A stretch of 32,317 nucleotides of DNA from Dirinaria sp. TL-2023a (Eukaryota), in the NCBI GenBank assembly GCA_051941275.1, contig JAVEBF010000081.1, positions 1-32,317 on the forward strand. The letters are read 5' to 3'. A model generated the notes under the pieces. The model ran no database searches and had not been told where the DNA came from. It was given only the letters and a program-made list of their open reading frames with translations. This document shows, one piece after another, positions 1 through 11,473 of the stretch. The first letter of the stretch is position 1. Each line of letters starts with the position of its first letter. The translations under genes and the position numbers were made by a program.

Positions 1-103
1 ATTACTTCATTAGGCACTCGGAGCCCGTCCTCAATCTGGACTAAGGTAACTATGCGGCCATCAAAACAATCTATCTAAGGTATACACCTTAATCTCTCTG
101 TAT

Positions 104-1026
104 TTAATAACAATGTACTAATGAGTGGTTTCCTCCGGCACAATCGCCTCGGTCCCCTAATCGACGTCTTCTCTGCGACTTCAGAAGCCCGTTTCGGTAC
201 TCGTGGTTCATCCTGTGTAAATAAGTAAAGAAACAACCTCTAGAACTGAAGCTTTTCCTCGGTCTATTAACATCTTTAATATCGAGGTCTCCATCTCTTA
301 AATCGTAGTACTCGTGACGTGTTGAATATCGAGGAGAACTTGCTAACAGTCTATAAAACATAGTACTGTAGCTGATGAAGGATGGCGAATCGAAGAGAAT
401 GTTCTCGGCAGTAACAGTATCGATGTCGCTGAAGGCGAAGTCGCGTGAAACAAGTCGAACTTTTTCTATCTTCTCTCTTGACTTCGTGTCAACGTAAACG
501 TCAATCACACAGAACAATCGACTTTGACGACGCGGATTTCGAGTTCAGACGCGTGTAGCAGACCAGGCCACAGTTGTCATCACGAGAACACACTGCTCCC
601 ACTGTGCCCCCATCGTCAGGAGGATACTTGGCTCTATTGACATTGCAATAGGTTCGTAGCCGGCACCACGTACAGGTGATCCTCATCGCCGGCCGACAAG
701 GGGGCGGGAAGTACTGGTACGCACTTGTACCGTTGTACGGCAATCTGGGGGAAAATGCCAAGACGTTACGCTGTCACGTTGTGATTACATAATCATACTA
801 GATCAGGGTCCCTCGGGTCTTTCGGCTTTCTCTCCCCGACCAAGCGAGCCAAGGTTTCCTCGAGAAGCCACCTTAGGGCGGACGTAGGCGGATGGTTTTG
901 GTCAGGATCGTCTCCATCCATCCAAACTTTGCTGTCCTCTGCCGCATTTGAGAAGTGGCATTGACTGGAAGTCTGGTCGATGCAGTGTACCACAAGATAT
1001 GCCCATGTAGTCACTGCTGGGAGCAT
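104..1026 (-). pseudogene. Candidate decayed or unknown gene divergent from YIH1
   Basis: ORF 1026..799 is followed by two intron-shaped segments (GTATGA..CCCAG 798-745; GTACGT..CTGAC..CACAG 673-602). A protein-like frame follows (WEQCVLVMTT..*..RLFCVIDVYVD..ENILFDSPSF, to 104), but joining needs a frameshift and passes a stop. The left part is TpA-rich. No family recognised. Confidence 0.25.
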
Positions 1027-1115
1027 GGCACAGCGGCTTACAACACATTTCTTTCATGTGTCATCGCAGCCGTGGCCTATTGCGCAATGATGCTGAGTAT
1101 TCTACGCATCTGATC

Positions 1116-2033
1116 ATGTCGGAAGATCTGTCGAATGAGCTAGAAGCGATCAATTCTATCTTCGGCGATGGTACTGTCGTCCGGTGTGACGGCATCGAGG
1201 GTAAAGTCCATGTTCTGACTCTTCCTCAGCACAGTGTCGCTCTGCGCCTCTCGTTCCCAGTAGCTTACCCGGAACAACCTCCCAAGATATTGGGGACGGA
1301 GACGGCAGGCGATCTGCCCAGGAAAGGTCGTGGTAAATATGTGCTCGATCACGCTCGCGAAATCCTGCGAACGACTTTCCATCCTGGTTCCGTGTGCCTC
1401 TTTGACCTCTTACAAGGGCTTGACGAGACCATCCACCCGCAGGTCCAGGTAGCTGATCAGCAGGACGGGTTGGAAAGTGCCGACATTTCGATGCACACAG
1501 ACTCGGTGAGGCACGCGAAGGAAACCACAGTCTTCCCAAACCCTGCCAATGGCTCCCTCGATCTGACTGCTCGCCTTCCAACCCCAATAGCATGGACGCT
1601 CGCCCAACCAATTACTTCCAAAAAGTCCGTCTTCCTTGCTCGCGCTTGTTCGGTGGCTGCTCCTTCTGAAGCTCGTGCTGCGCTCGAAGAGCTTACTTCG
1701 AATGATAAGCGTGTCGCCAAAGCCACTCATAATATAAATGCTTATCGTATCCGTTCTGCAATTCCCACAGCAAAAAGTGGTCAGAGTCACATAACATACC
1801 AAGACAGCGATGACGATGGCGAGACCGCTGCAGGCACTAGATTGCTGCACCTTTTACAGGTCATGGACGTGTGGAATGTATTTGTGGTCGTTAGTCGATG
1901 GTATGGCGGAGTGCAGCTTGGACCGGATCGTTTTCGCATCATCTCGCAGACGGCCCGGGAGGCTGTTTTGGAGGGAGGATGGCTGAAAGGAGGAGGACAG
2001 GACGGGCGAAAAACCGAACAAGGGAGGAGCTGA
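1116..2033 (+). CDS. YIH1: IMPACT/Yih1 family protein (RWD + UPF0029 ancient domain), Gcn2 regulator, 305 aa, intronless
   Basis: N-terminal RWD (MSEDLSNELEAINSIFG..YPEQPP); C-terminal KKSVFLA, ATHNINAYRI, DDDGETAAG.RLLHLL, VVVSRWYGGVQLGPDRFRII motifs. Start taken at ATG 1116. Confidence 0.95.
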   Translation: MSEDLSNELEAINSIFGDGTVVRCDGIEGKVHVLTLPQHSVALRLSFPVAYPEQPPKILGTETAGDLPRKGRGKYVLDHAREILRTTFHPGSVCLFDLLQGLDETIHPQVQVADQQDGLESADISMHTDSVRHAKETTVFPNPANGSLDLTARLPTPIAWTLAQPITSKKSVFLARACSVAAPSEARAALEELTSNDKRVAKATHNINAYRIRSAIPTAKSGQSHITYQDSDDDGETAAGTRLLHLLQVMDVWNVFVVVSRWYGGVQLGPDRFRIISQTAREAVLEGGWLKGGGQDGRKTEQGRS

Positions 2034-2173
2034 CTGAAAATGCTAGGCTATACGGCCTTGGCAGTTGTACCAAAAATCTCTTTGAGAGCCCAGCCAATAC
2101 GACTTGCATACTCGGTCTTATTAGCAGCTGCTCCGATATACGCTCAGCCAGGGTTGCTCGTCAGATCAACCAA

Positions 2174-2946
2174 TCACACAGCGCTGCCCAAAGCTTCTTC
2201 CACCTTCTTGTTGGTTTCGAGCTGCTCGGTAATTTTCCCGTTGGTTCCCCGTCCACCAGTCGGATCGCCCCCTTCAGCTCTTACTGCCTGGTCAACTTCT
2301 AAAGATTGTCAGCGAGTCTTGAAACCGCAATCATCAGCTACGGATGCTCAACACCCTTAACCCACCTTCATATTCGTCACTACTGCCGATCCACTTTGAA
2401 ATCTTGTCTCTCATAAACTCTGCAAAGTCCCACTCGCCATCTTCCAATCCATCATTGGCATCGACCCAAACGTACAGTGACGCCTCAGCCTCTTGACCTT
2501 CTACATTGCCTTTCCCGCTCTCGTCTCCTACTACGTTGAGAAGCCTAACGCGCACGTTCTGACGGATATATTGGTCACCTTCGAAGATGTCCAGGCGTCC
2601 TAAATCTCCTTCCGTGAGACCTTGGACGTAGGTTCCCCGAACGGAGGAACCTGGCGAGGGTATAACGGCTGGGTAGTCGCAGCCTTCAACTTTACGCCGA
2701 CAGTAGGAGTGAAGGATAGCAGGACGGATAGTAAGGAGATTTTTCTGGAACCGTGTGGGATTGGGAGTTCCAAAACAGACTCGATACAGCACCTGGGTCG
2801 CCATCTACGTTGCAAACATGTCAGTATATCCTGGTTACCATTGGCACCATTTGCGTACCAGAGTGCCTGCCAGAACGAGTAATGAGCATCATAACGCCTA
2901 ACATAGTGTTGGACTTACCATAGAAAAAGGCGCTATAGTCACCCAT
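2174..2946 (-). CDS. AIG2-like gamma-glutamylcyclotransferase, 199 aa; exons 2946-2919, 2866-2859, 2804-2366, 2298-2174
   Basis: Splicing gives the GGCT signature FFYGTLM, then DYPAV and LDIFEGDQY.R. All three introns are GT..AG and the exon total (600 nt) keeps frame. Confidence 0.9.
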
Positions 2947-3408
2947 TATAACCACTAGCAGTCACTAAGCAGCGCCTAGAGCTCACGATCAACTGAGTTC
3001 CGCGACGAAAGGATGGTACACACCGCTGCAGACTGAGGGTATCATAGAGACCTGTGAAAGTCTTGACCTCAGTGACGTTGAGTCAATACTCAAAGATGAC
3101 TAATCGCAGGCTAATTCCCGTCTTGCCCGGGAGCCCGGGAAGCCTGGTAAGATATGAACCATTTGCGGTTAGCTTCAGTCCGGAATGGAGCTTACTTTAC
3201 CTTACTCTAAAACCCAAATAATGTCTGGGAAAAATCCTAAAAAAAAAGTTACTTGAGCTGCTGGACGGTACCATGAAACTAACTCTTTTACTGTAATAAG
3301 CCCAATTTGATTTCGCATATGCCTCCTTAAAAGCATCTCTGCTGTTGTTCTCGATATGCGACCAATATATACGATTTGATTGATTAAGCGCAGTCGATCA
3401 ACCCCTCC

Positions 3409-4306
3409 ATGATGGCACTTGTCTCTACTCTCATTTCTTCTGTCGCTCCACTCTTGTAAGTCCTCTCATCTGATCGGGTCATTTCTTGACTGTTGACTCC
3501 GGGATAGCCTTGTTCTTTCACCCATAACATCTTACACCGACCAGATCCTTACCATGAATCGCACGCGCACCTCCGCGGGCTTTTCGCTTGACATTCCCTT
3601 CATCATGCTTACGGCTTCCATTCTCAAAATATTCTATTGGCCTGGTGCCCGCTATGATATCGCCTTACTGGTCCAAGCGATGATTATGATTGGGATACAG
3701 ATAGTGCTGCTGAAAGTTGCCTTGGACAATCGGCCAACTTGGAGAGGAGAAGGACCATTCGCAAAGGCAGAAGATTCAAGACCGTTGCGCTTTTGGAGGT
3801 GGAGGTCTCAGAAGCCGTAGGTGTGCTCATAGCCTTCTAGCAGCGCACAGAAGAACTTATCAGTCCGATGGAATTTTACTGATACAGTATTGACGGTTTT
3901 GCTGACATGCAGATATTGGGGATATCTCGGCGTCCTCACCCTCACCCTACTCATTCTGCACACTATGTTCGCCCCTCTCCACCCAGACTCGCCTTACACT
4001 AAAACAATCGGCTATCTTGGTCTTGCCATCGAAGCCACCTTGCCATTACCACAGATCCGCGCGAATCAGCATGCGCAATCCTGTAAAGGCTTTCGAGTTT
4101 CTGTGCTTGCGAACTGGTTGCTTGGGGACACTATGAAGATCAGTTATTATCTAGCGTCGGAGCCGGGTAAGGTTCCTTGGGCTTTTAAGATGTGCGGAAT
4201 CTTTCAAGCGTGCTGCGATCTATGTCTTGGAGCGCAGTGGTGGATATATGGGAATGGGAGTGACGATGCAAGGGCCCTGGATGTATCAAAAGGACGGTTC
4301 AACTAG
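3409..4306 (+). CDS. ANY1: PQ-loop membrane protein (Any1/Cfs1/PQLC1-like), 249 aa; exons 3409-3455, 3508-3816, 3913-4306
   Basis: SPITSY.DQ..GFSLDI..ML.ASILKIFYW; second loop EATLPLPQI..SCKGFRVSVLANWLLGD.MKISY; canonical introns. Confidence 0.85.
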
Positions 4307-6292
4307 TGGGATGTATAGAGGGTCCAGTATAGGCATAGAATCTAGAAGAGGCTGGTCCTTCTGCTCGCGCTCGAGATTGCTTTATGGACGTTGCAATGAT
4401 AAGCATGGTATGCTACATTGACCCCAACCCTCTGATTCTTTCGTGTACAGATCTTCCAGCGAGCTCGTTCGCGCTTCCGGTTACCAGCAGGCGTGTAACA
4501 CAAGTGGCATGCTGATGGGTGTGCGCTACTCCTTGGGTTGGCCATTTTCTCACTGGCTAGTTCGTGGACATCTGATCCAAGCTCGTGTCCTGCCGCCTAC
4601 CAAGTCACAGAATCATTGGTCCGTGTACCTGGATTCAAAGTGATAGGCTAGATCGGTAGCAGTTTTGATCAGTTGATTGAAGCTATCCAAAAAGCAATGA
4701 TCAAACCTTGCGATTGCCTTATCAATCTGAGAATCTAAACCTCAACTGATTGGAAGACGACGCTAAAATATATTCTTAGGTCTTGCACTGTGCCACTCCG
4801 ACCAGCGCTGATCGTGTGGACTAGCAATCTATCTACCAGACCGCGCGGTGTTCCAATAGACCAGTTCTACACACGTTTGAATGACATGGACTTGGACGGA
4901 CGATGTTCGATACTTTACACGCTCTGCATCATATCTCGGGTTGCGCGCATCTGCGATCTGGTGCCCAGAGCACTCATACTCAATATAGAAGGGGTACACC
5001 TATCTTTCTAGGCCATGCTGTATGAAGGGCCCTATGGTCCTTGAAGATATCCAGAAATGCGGCGTGTTGAGAGGGGTTCTGATTTCTGCTTTCGAGCTGT
5101 CGAAGTGCTAAACACTACCGTCAATTATGGACGACAGCCTCTTCAAACATTTATTGCTCGTTGAGATCGGTACCCCGATATGTTTTTGACACGATATGCT
5201 GCATGTTCGGACACGGATTCGGTGGATGAACGAGAATAGACAAGTCTTGTATCGCTGAATTTACGATGCAGGATACAGAGCTTGAGCTGAAGATCCACTA
5301 AGTGCTTCTTATTCTTGCGTTTGCTTTCATTACAATTCGAGCTGAATCCGCGCATCTGCTTGCATGTGTTATCCTCTGTTCACCTCGGACTCTCTTTCAA
5401 AATTGCGTATGAATTCAGGAAAGTGTATAAGTGCGTGGCAATACTATTAATTGTACGCTGAGCCGGGCAAATTTTGAACGTCCAAGATCTACATGGTTCA
5501 TTCGCCAGGCCTAAGAAGGGCGTCTGATCCAGAGATGAGGGACCAGCCAACAGATGGCTCCCCATACCGGGCGTCGGTAGCAAGCGCTTGCACTTACCCA
5601 TCAACGCAAAAAATCAATATTCCTTCCAGCAGCGCCCCTTTTAAAGTTAGAAAGATTTTTAAGGTTGCCAACATTAGCGCCGAGCTTTCATCATCAGACG
5701 TCAGGTAAGGTACAACCTCAAGGTAATGTACGGTTAGTACCCATAACACCTACTTTATAAGCCGTAGCGATGGCTGTATTGAAAAGCAAGCCCCTTCAAT
5801 GTGATGGCTTTTTTGCAAGCGATCAGATACAAAATGCCGCCACCAATTGCCACGTCATCACTATCAGCATGTTCAACGTTTGCGATAGGCATTGCTTGTT
5901 CCTGAACGCAAATACGGTTAGGAATTGCTGACTTATCGATAATTAGTAAGGTAGTGAAATTATCGGGTATTGGTGTGTTACATCAACAGACCTGACTGGT
6001 GAACTAATGAGCTATTGCAATCCAAGGATGTATTGAATTAAATCTTCAACTACGAATAATAATCTGATAAAGACACGAACAGAGAGTCCCACCGTCCAGT
6101 GCACCCAAACTCGGCGCTATCGTGTACTCATAGCAATTACATGTACGCGACCTAGTAAATGGTTCCACCTTGTATAATCTGGACGCTGCTCTATTGCAAA
6201 GAAAGATTTTCTTTTTTTTTGGGTTTTCGTTTTGCTCCTTTTGCCCGTTGAGAAAGTCACCCGCTTACCCGGGTGCATTCAGATCCATCATC

Positions 6293-7551
6293 CTATTGGC
6301 TAAGAGAGTAGCTGTACGATCGAGAGACAGTATACCGGTCACTGCCTCGGTACTGTCCATAATTGGTGCCGTAGCTCGCAGCCCAAGTCTCGTTGTAGAG
6401 CGAGCAGTAGAGACCTTGGGGAATGGAGTCCTCGGATAGGACATAAGCGTTGAAGAAGACCTATTCGCCAACAGCACATTAGCCCGACTTCTCCCCTCCA
6501 CTTCCCCTCCCTCCCTCCGGCTTAGACAAAACTTACGCAAGTCTGGTAGGTACCATCACTAGCCGGGTGGCGACTGTTGTATCCAGTCTGAGTTGTGCAA
6601 GCGGTAGCACAGGTCTTTGGGTCATAGCCCTGGCTTTGACTGAAGGGAAAGAATTGGTATCCCATGAACGTGTTGTAGCCAGAGCTATCGGAAGGCGCGT
6701 TGATGGCACCGCCTAATTCTGTAGGGCCACTGAATCCATCAATGGCTGGTGGTGGATCGTTTTTGTTGTAGCCTGCCTGTGGTTTAGATGGTGATGGGTA
6801 GAGAAGGCTTGGAGAAATAAATTACCGTTGGAGCCAGCAACCAGCACCTGGAAGCTGGATCGCCACTGCCCTTTATTGGTGGCTTCGTCTGCGACTACTG
6901 GCGCTCCCCAGAGCGAGCACTTGAAATTGGTGACACTGGAAGGGTTTGGGCAGTCCGAACCAGGGGCAACGCTGGGATCGCGCTCGATGTAGATACCAAA
7001 TGCTTGACATCCAGAAACTTGATCACACCTGCAAGCTTAGCATGGCTGAGGCTGGAGGCTCGAAATGCGTGAACCTACTTTGAGGCGCACCCCAGGGTGT
7101 CGTAGCTTTGCAAGGTGTTTAGACCCATGTACTTAGAAGCCGAGAGTGAGCCTTGGAGGCCCGTGAAAGCCAGCGAATAGCCATCTGGAGTTGGAGCGTT
7201 ACTGGAAATTGCCTGTGGCTCGTCAGTGGATTGATAGTTGATCCACGGAAGGAGACAAACTTGAAAGTCGGGGTCAGACGAGAAGGCATCAGGAGTATCT
7301 GGTGTTGGTACTGGTCCATAACCATTTGGCTGAGCTGCGCAGCTATCACGCTTGACCTTGGAAACATCTGTGGTGATCGGTTCAATGGGAGCAGGGGCTA
7401 CAGCCGAGGGTATGTTCGACTGGACGTCTAAAGGTGCTGAGACCAGGACTGGGTCTGGATCGGCGTCGACACCCGCATAGTCGATTGCTTGAGGGGTTGG
7501 AACAGCGACAGTAATGCCTGCAAGAGCAGCAGCCAATATTAAAGACCGCAT
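6293..7551 (-). CDS. Secreted Cys-rich protein with two PAN/apple-like modules, 343 aa; exons 7551-7261, 7212-7079, 7028-6826, 6772-6537, 6460-6293
   Basis: Signal peptide MRSLILAAALAGITVA, pro-region ending in KR (Kex2-like site). Four GT..AG introns give a continuous 1032-nt frame. Two internal C-x3-C..CSL[WY]..TNxGQ[WY]R modules. Fold assignment is inference. Confidence 0.85.
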
Positions 7552-7929
7552 GATGAGAATTTTGGAGAAGATCCCCAGGTGGTCGTTGGCGGCTTGATAG
7601 GACGTGAATGAAGTAGTGGGAAATCTATCACCGGATGTTGCTCAGTCTTGTGGTAGAATCGTGAAGAACCAAAAACACTGGGAAGATCCCAGGTTCTTAT
7701 GTGTTTCTCATGAGAGTTGACAAAACAACAACTCCCAGGGTGCTCCGGAAGCAGTCAAAACATCCAAAGCCTTCAGTGCCGCCCAATACAGCTTCTAGAC
7801 TGGACGATTCCATGGTCCTCAAGCGAGGGAAAACTCTGTGATGAGCGCGATACCTTTGGTAGCTAAGCTTGCGGTTCACGAGCAAAAAATTCCACGAGAG
7901 ATTGAAATGGGGATGGCGTTTTTTTGGTG

Positions 7930-7955
7930 TGGCGCCTGAACATGGCGCCTGAACA
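7930..7955. repeat. Perfect 13-bp tandem duplication (TGGCGCCTGAACA)x2
   Basis: Read directly; lies ~380 bp upstream of the secreted-protein start codon. Confidence 0.9.
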
Positions 7956-9733
7956 CCGTTATAGGATGTTGAAGTGGATTCGAAGGGCCGCCTCGACTGA
8001 GTCGTTCAGCCAGCCTTTTGGTGTTTGGTGCTTGGGCTAAAGCTTGAAGCGTGGCTATGTCCGAATCCTCAGGGGCTAGAGACTTCTCAGCCAGACAGCT
8101 TTGAGGAACACAACGCGGATCCAAACACCAAAAAGCGCCAGTGAGCCGCGACATGGGTCACACGTGTCGACCTTACGCAAAGAATGGCAACAAACGAGCC
8201 GAAAGACAAGGATCTAAAAGGGGAGAGGACCACTCTGGCCAATGAATTCAGCCAGCCATTGGCGCCTGTGCGGACCGAAACGATATAACAGGCCACCAGA
8301 ACAGGAGGAAGAAGCGAGTCAGTCAGAGAAGACAAGGTGAGGCCTGGCTGCCTGCTCATCAAAAAGGGAAAGTCATGAAAACGCCACCAAATGTTTTTGG
8401 GCTGGTACCATGTGCCTACGCACAGCAATATCACACATCTCGCTTGTTCATCCCCAGTAAAGCTGTTTGACATAGCATCAATCAGGAAGCGGATGCAGTC
8501 GGCGGTCTTTTACTTTAATCCGTCTATCTTTTCAGCCTATCGTAAAGTGGGAACACCAGTGATTGATTCATCCTTACGAGGCTGAGTTTCAGATCAGGTT
8601 TGTTCGCAAAGTTAAGGCCGATATCTGTCGGCTTTTCTATGCCTCTAGCCTCGCGTGACGACAAGAGAAGGCAGAAAATTGAAGAGGATTTTAACATCTT
8701 GCTTTCCCGTGTTTCCCCTTCGTCTCGGGGTGTAATTTGAGATGCCAAAGATGAGAGCAGAAAACTATGAAAGGGGGAAGCAGCAAGAAGGCCTTGGCTG
8801 TACCTGGTTGTTGCAGATTACCGGTAGAAAAGCAGGATCAGCAGAGTAATTGAGACGCTATGACTGCTATGGCCCACAATTCAGAGTCTAGACCAGGAGC
8901 AGCAAATGCTTGAGCCCATCACACCCACCTCTTCCTTCAGCCACAGCGTCTGCAAATACATGCGACATACTGAGTGGTGCTTTTCCGACCTGTTGGTCGA
9001 GCCTTGAATTTCTGAACGCACTGGAAAGCTCCCCATCGACATCATTGATTTACACGACTCCAGGTGTCGACTCATAAACAAGTCATTGAGATGAAGCGCT
9101 AGAAGACAACAAAAATTAGGGTCATTGATGTTTGGCCATTTTCCAAAGTGCAGTATTATCAAATATGAGCATCGGTCGAACAGCCGTGCGTACAAGTACT
9201 CGTACATGAACCTTAGTGGGCGATGATATTTCCACCGGGCGTCCCACACTAGAGGCGGCCTGCGGCCAGATCTTTAGTGTGGGGAATCAGGCTCAAAACG
9301 CGGAGAATAAATAGAGGCTTTTATTAGAGTTTAGCAATCTGCTGTCATTGGCTTGACCGAGGGAGGAATTCCTTCTAATCTGTAGAACCTACTACACTAG
9401 GTAGTCAAGGCAGCGAGTTTACCCACGGAGGTGTGTACATGACAGTGTATCATACTGTATTATATGTAGCCATAACGACGCCAGTCGTTTCTCAGTCTTG
9501 TGGCTGCATATACGCAGCTCATCACTTCTAGCTCGGGGGTACCTTGGAAAGTTTAAGGTGCTCCGTAGTAAATTTAGGTATTGCAATATCTTTGAGTAAG
9601 GCTCTATCATCCGAGCTTTGCTGGGAAGCGGCTATCTAGGTATCTAGGCTTTTCGAGCTTTCACGTTCCACTTGCTGACCCTGACCACAGTTTATACTGC
9701 GGAAAATGTTGGGCCTTTGGAACTTCCGAATAT

Positions 9734-11117
9734 CTATTGCCACTTCTGCACTACGACGCCGCCCCGCTTGAACCCAGAGATGTTCCCTAAGGCCTGCGCT
9801 TTGTCCTGCAGCTCTTTGCTGGGGAAGGTCGTCATTAGAACCCAAGCTCGCGCCTGACCTGCTGGCGACGATGCGTTGACGAAGTTGTAGACATCCCCAA
9901 TAGTGTGTGTCGCATTGAAGCGTGAAACCAAACGTGTGCCGTCTCCTAATCGGACTTGTAGAGAGACAGTGGGTTGCGACTCGTCGACGTTGATAGCCGC
10001 CGAAGCTGACCCCATTGCTGGATCAGCAGTGTTAATTGCTGGAGCATCAGAAGCCCTGCTGTCAATGCTAGGGCCGGGTGTAGGGCTGCCGAGCCTCTGA
10101 CCGCCGCCAGAGAAGGGCTTGTACTTTTTCTTGGGCGGCTTGTACTTTTCCGCATGCTGCTCGAGCTTGACGTCAACCTCTTGTGTATGCTCTACGTTCA
10201 TGATGTGCAGCGGAGCTCGGCCTTGTCTTATCATGGCAAGGATGTCAGCATTGGCAGGATCGTCTGTCCGATAAAGAGGACCGTCGTCGACAGAGAAGCC
10301 GTCCTCCCAGAAGTGAAGATGACGCTCCACCAGCGCAGGTCGTTGTGGAGCGGATGCAATCGGATCTTCGATGACTCGGCTCGGCGCGTCATCGCCACCA
10401 AGCGTGCGCGCTGTGCCAGTGAAGTTTGACGATGGTGCTCTCGGCTCATCGCCTCCCGGGCGGGGAGCGTTCCTGCAGGGACATCTGTCAGCATAAACTT
10501 TGATAAAAGTTAATGACCGGTTTCCCTCACTTTCTTGCTCGCTCCAGAATTTTGCGTTTCAAGTCGTCAGGATTTTGAACTGCCAGACCCGACTTTTCGC
10601 CGCCTGCGAAGAGGTCTTGCTTCGCATCATCCTCGTCGTCTTCGTCAGAATCATGACCGTGCCCAGCATGTGAAGGGGGTCCTGCACCCAGATCACCTAG
10701 TGTCGCGAACTTCTTCCTATGTGGCTGTTGTGAGCTAGATGAAGGCACTGGAGGCATGTCGGAAACGGTAGGTATGGGCTGAGGTGCTGAGTTAGCGCCG
10801 ACAGGTCGTCCACCCTCGGGTTGTGAAGACGATACAGAGGCGTCGGTAGCAGCGGGTTCGCCCACAGAGGATTCTGGTCTCTCGGCAGCTTCTTCCAGTG
10901 AGGTATAGTACTCGGCAGCTGCACTTGGAAGGTCCCACTGGTTGGTTGCAAGATATTGCTCTGCCTAAGATGAGGATAAGTAAATATTCTCGGAAGGGTA
11001 TCTACAGGCAGGCAACAGAATATGGTAGGCATGTAAGCGTACTTCGTGCGGAGCTACCCCTGTCAAGCCGGTGAACTGTGTAATCAGCACATCATGATCC
11101 GGAGCATCCCCTGACAT
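9734..11117 (-). CDS. SHP1: Cdc48/p97 cofactor Shp1/Ubx1 (p47): UBA-like, SEP and UBX domains, 415 aa; exons 11117-11043, 10964-10531, 10472-9734
   Basis: QFTGLTG..AEQYL...WDL (UBA-like), FAGGEKSGLAVQNP, LHFWEDGFSVDDGPL (SEP), FSGGGQRLGS (SHP box), QVRLGDGTRL..FN.THT and TTFPSKEL (UBX). Confidence 0.95.
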
Positions 11118-11473
11118 AGTGATGAAGCAGTTAGAAAAACAGAAAGGAGCCTGAAATGGTAAATGTCACTTAGTGGCATGAACGAAGTGGCATTGTATGT
11201 GATAGAGGAATGATAGAGAAGCGTTGAGAATGATCTTTGACTAAGGTAGATACTACCGTAAGGTACATAGTTAGCCGACTTTTGCTATCGGCGTTTTGGG
11301 AGTTCCGGGTGTCGGAATTTCTTCCGAGGTTCCATTCGAATCACTCGATGCGGTGATACTGACAGCTCAAAACTCTGATACACCGCGAACCTGTTCATCA
11401 TGATGCTGAAAGCAAGTCACTTGTAACAGTCTCATGCCCCTCTTGTGTTCATGTGCCCCCAAATCTACTCGTC

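Noticed and set aside
2040..2360. 106-aa ORF in frame after the YIH1 TGA-CTG stop (possible readthrough)
   Set aside because: Largely antisense to the last GGCT exon; context is not the TGA-CTA readthrough motif; no targeting signal.
3817..3912. Stwintron in the 96-nt ANY1 intron (several branch-like motifs)
   Set aside because: Candidate internal introns would be under 30 nt, too short.
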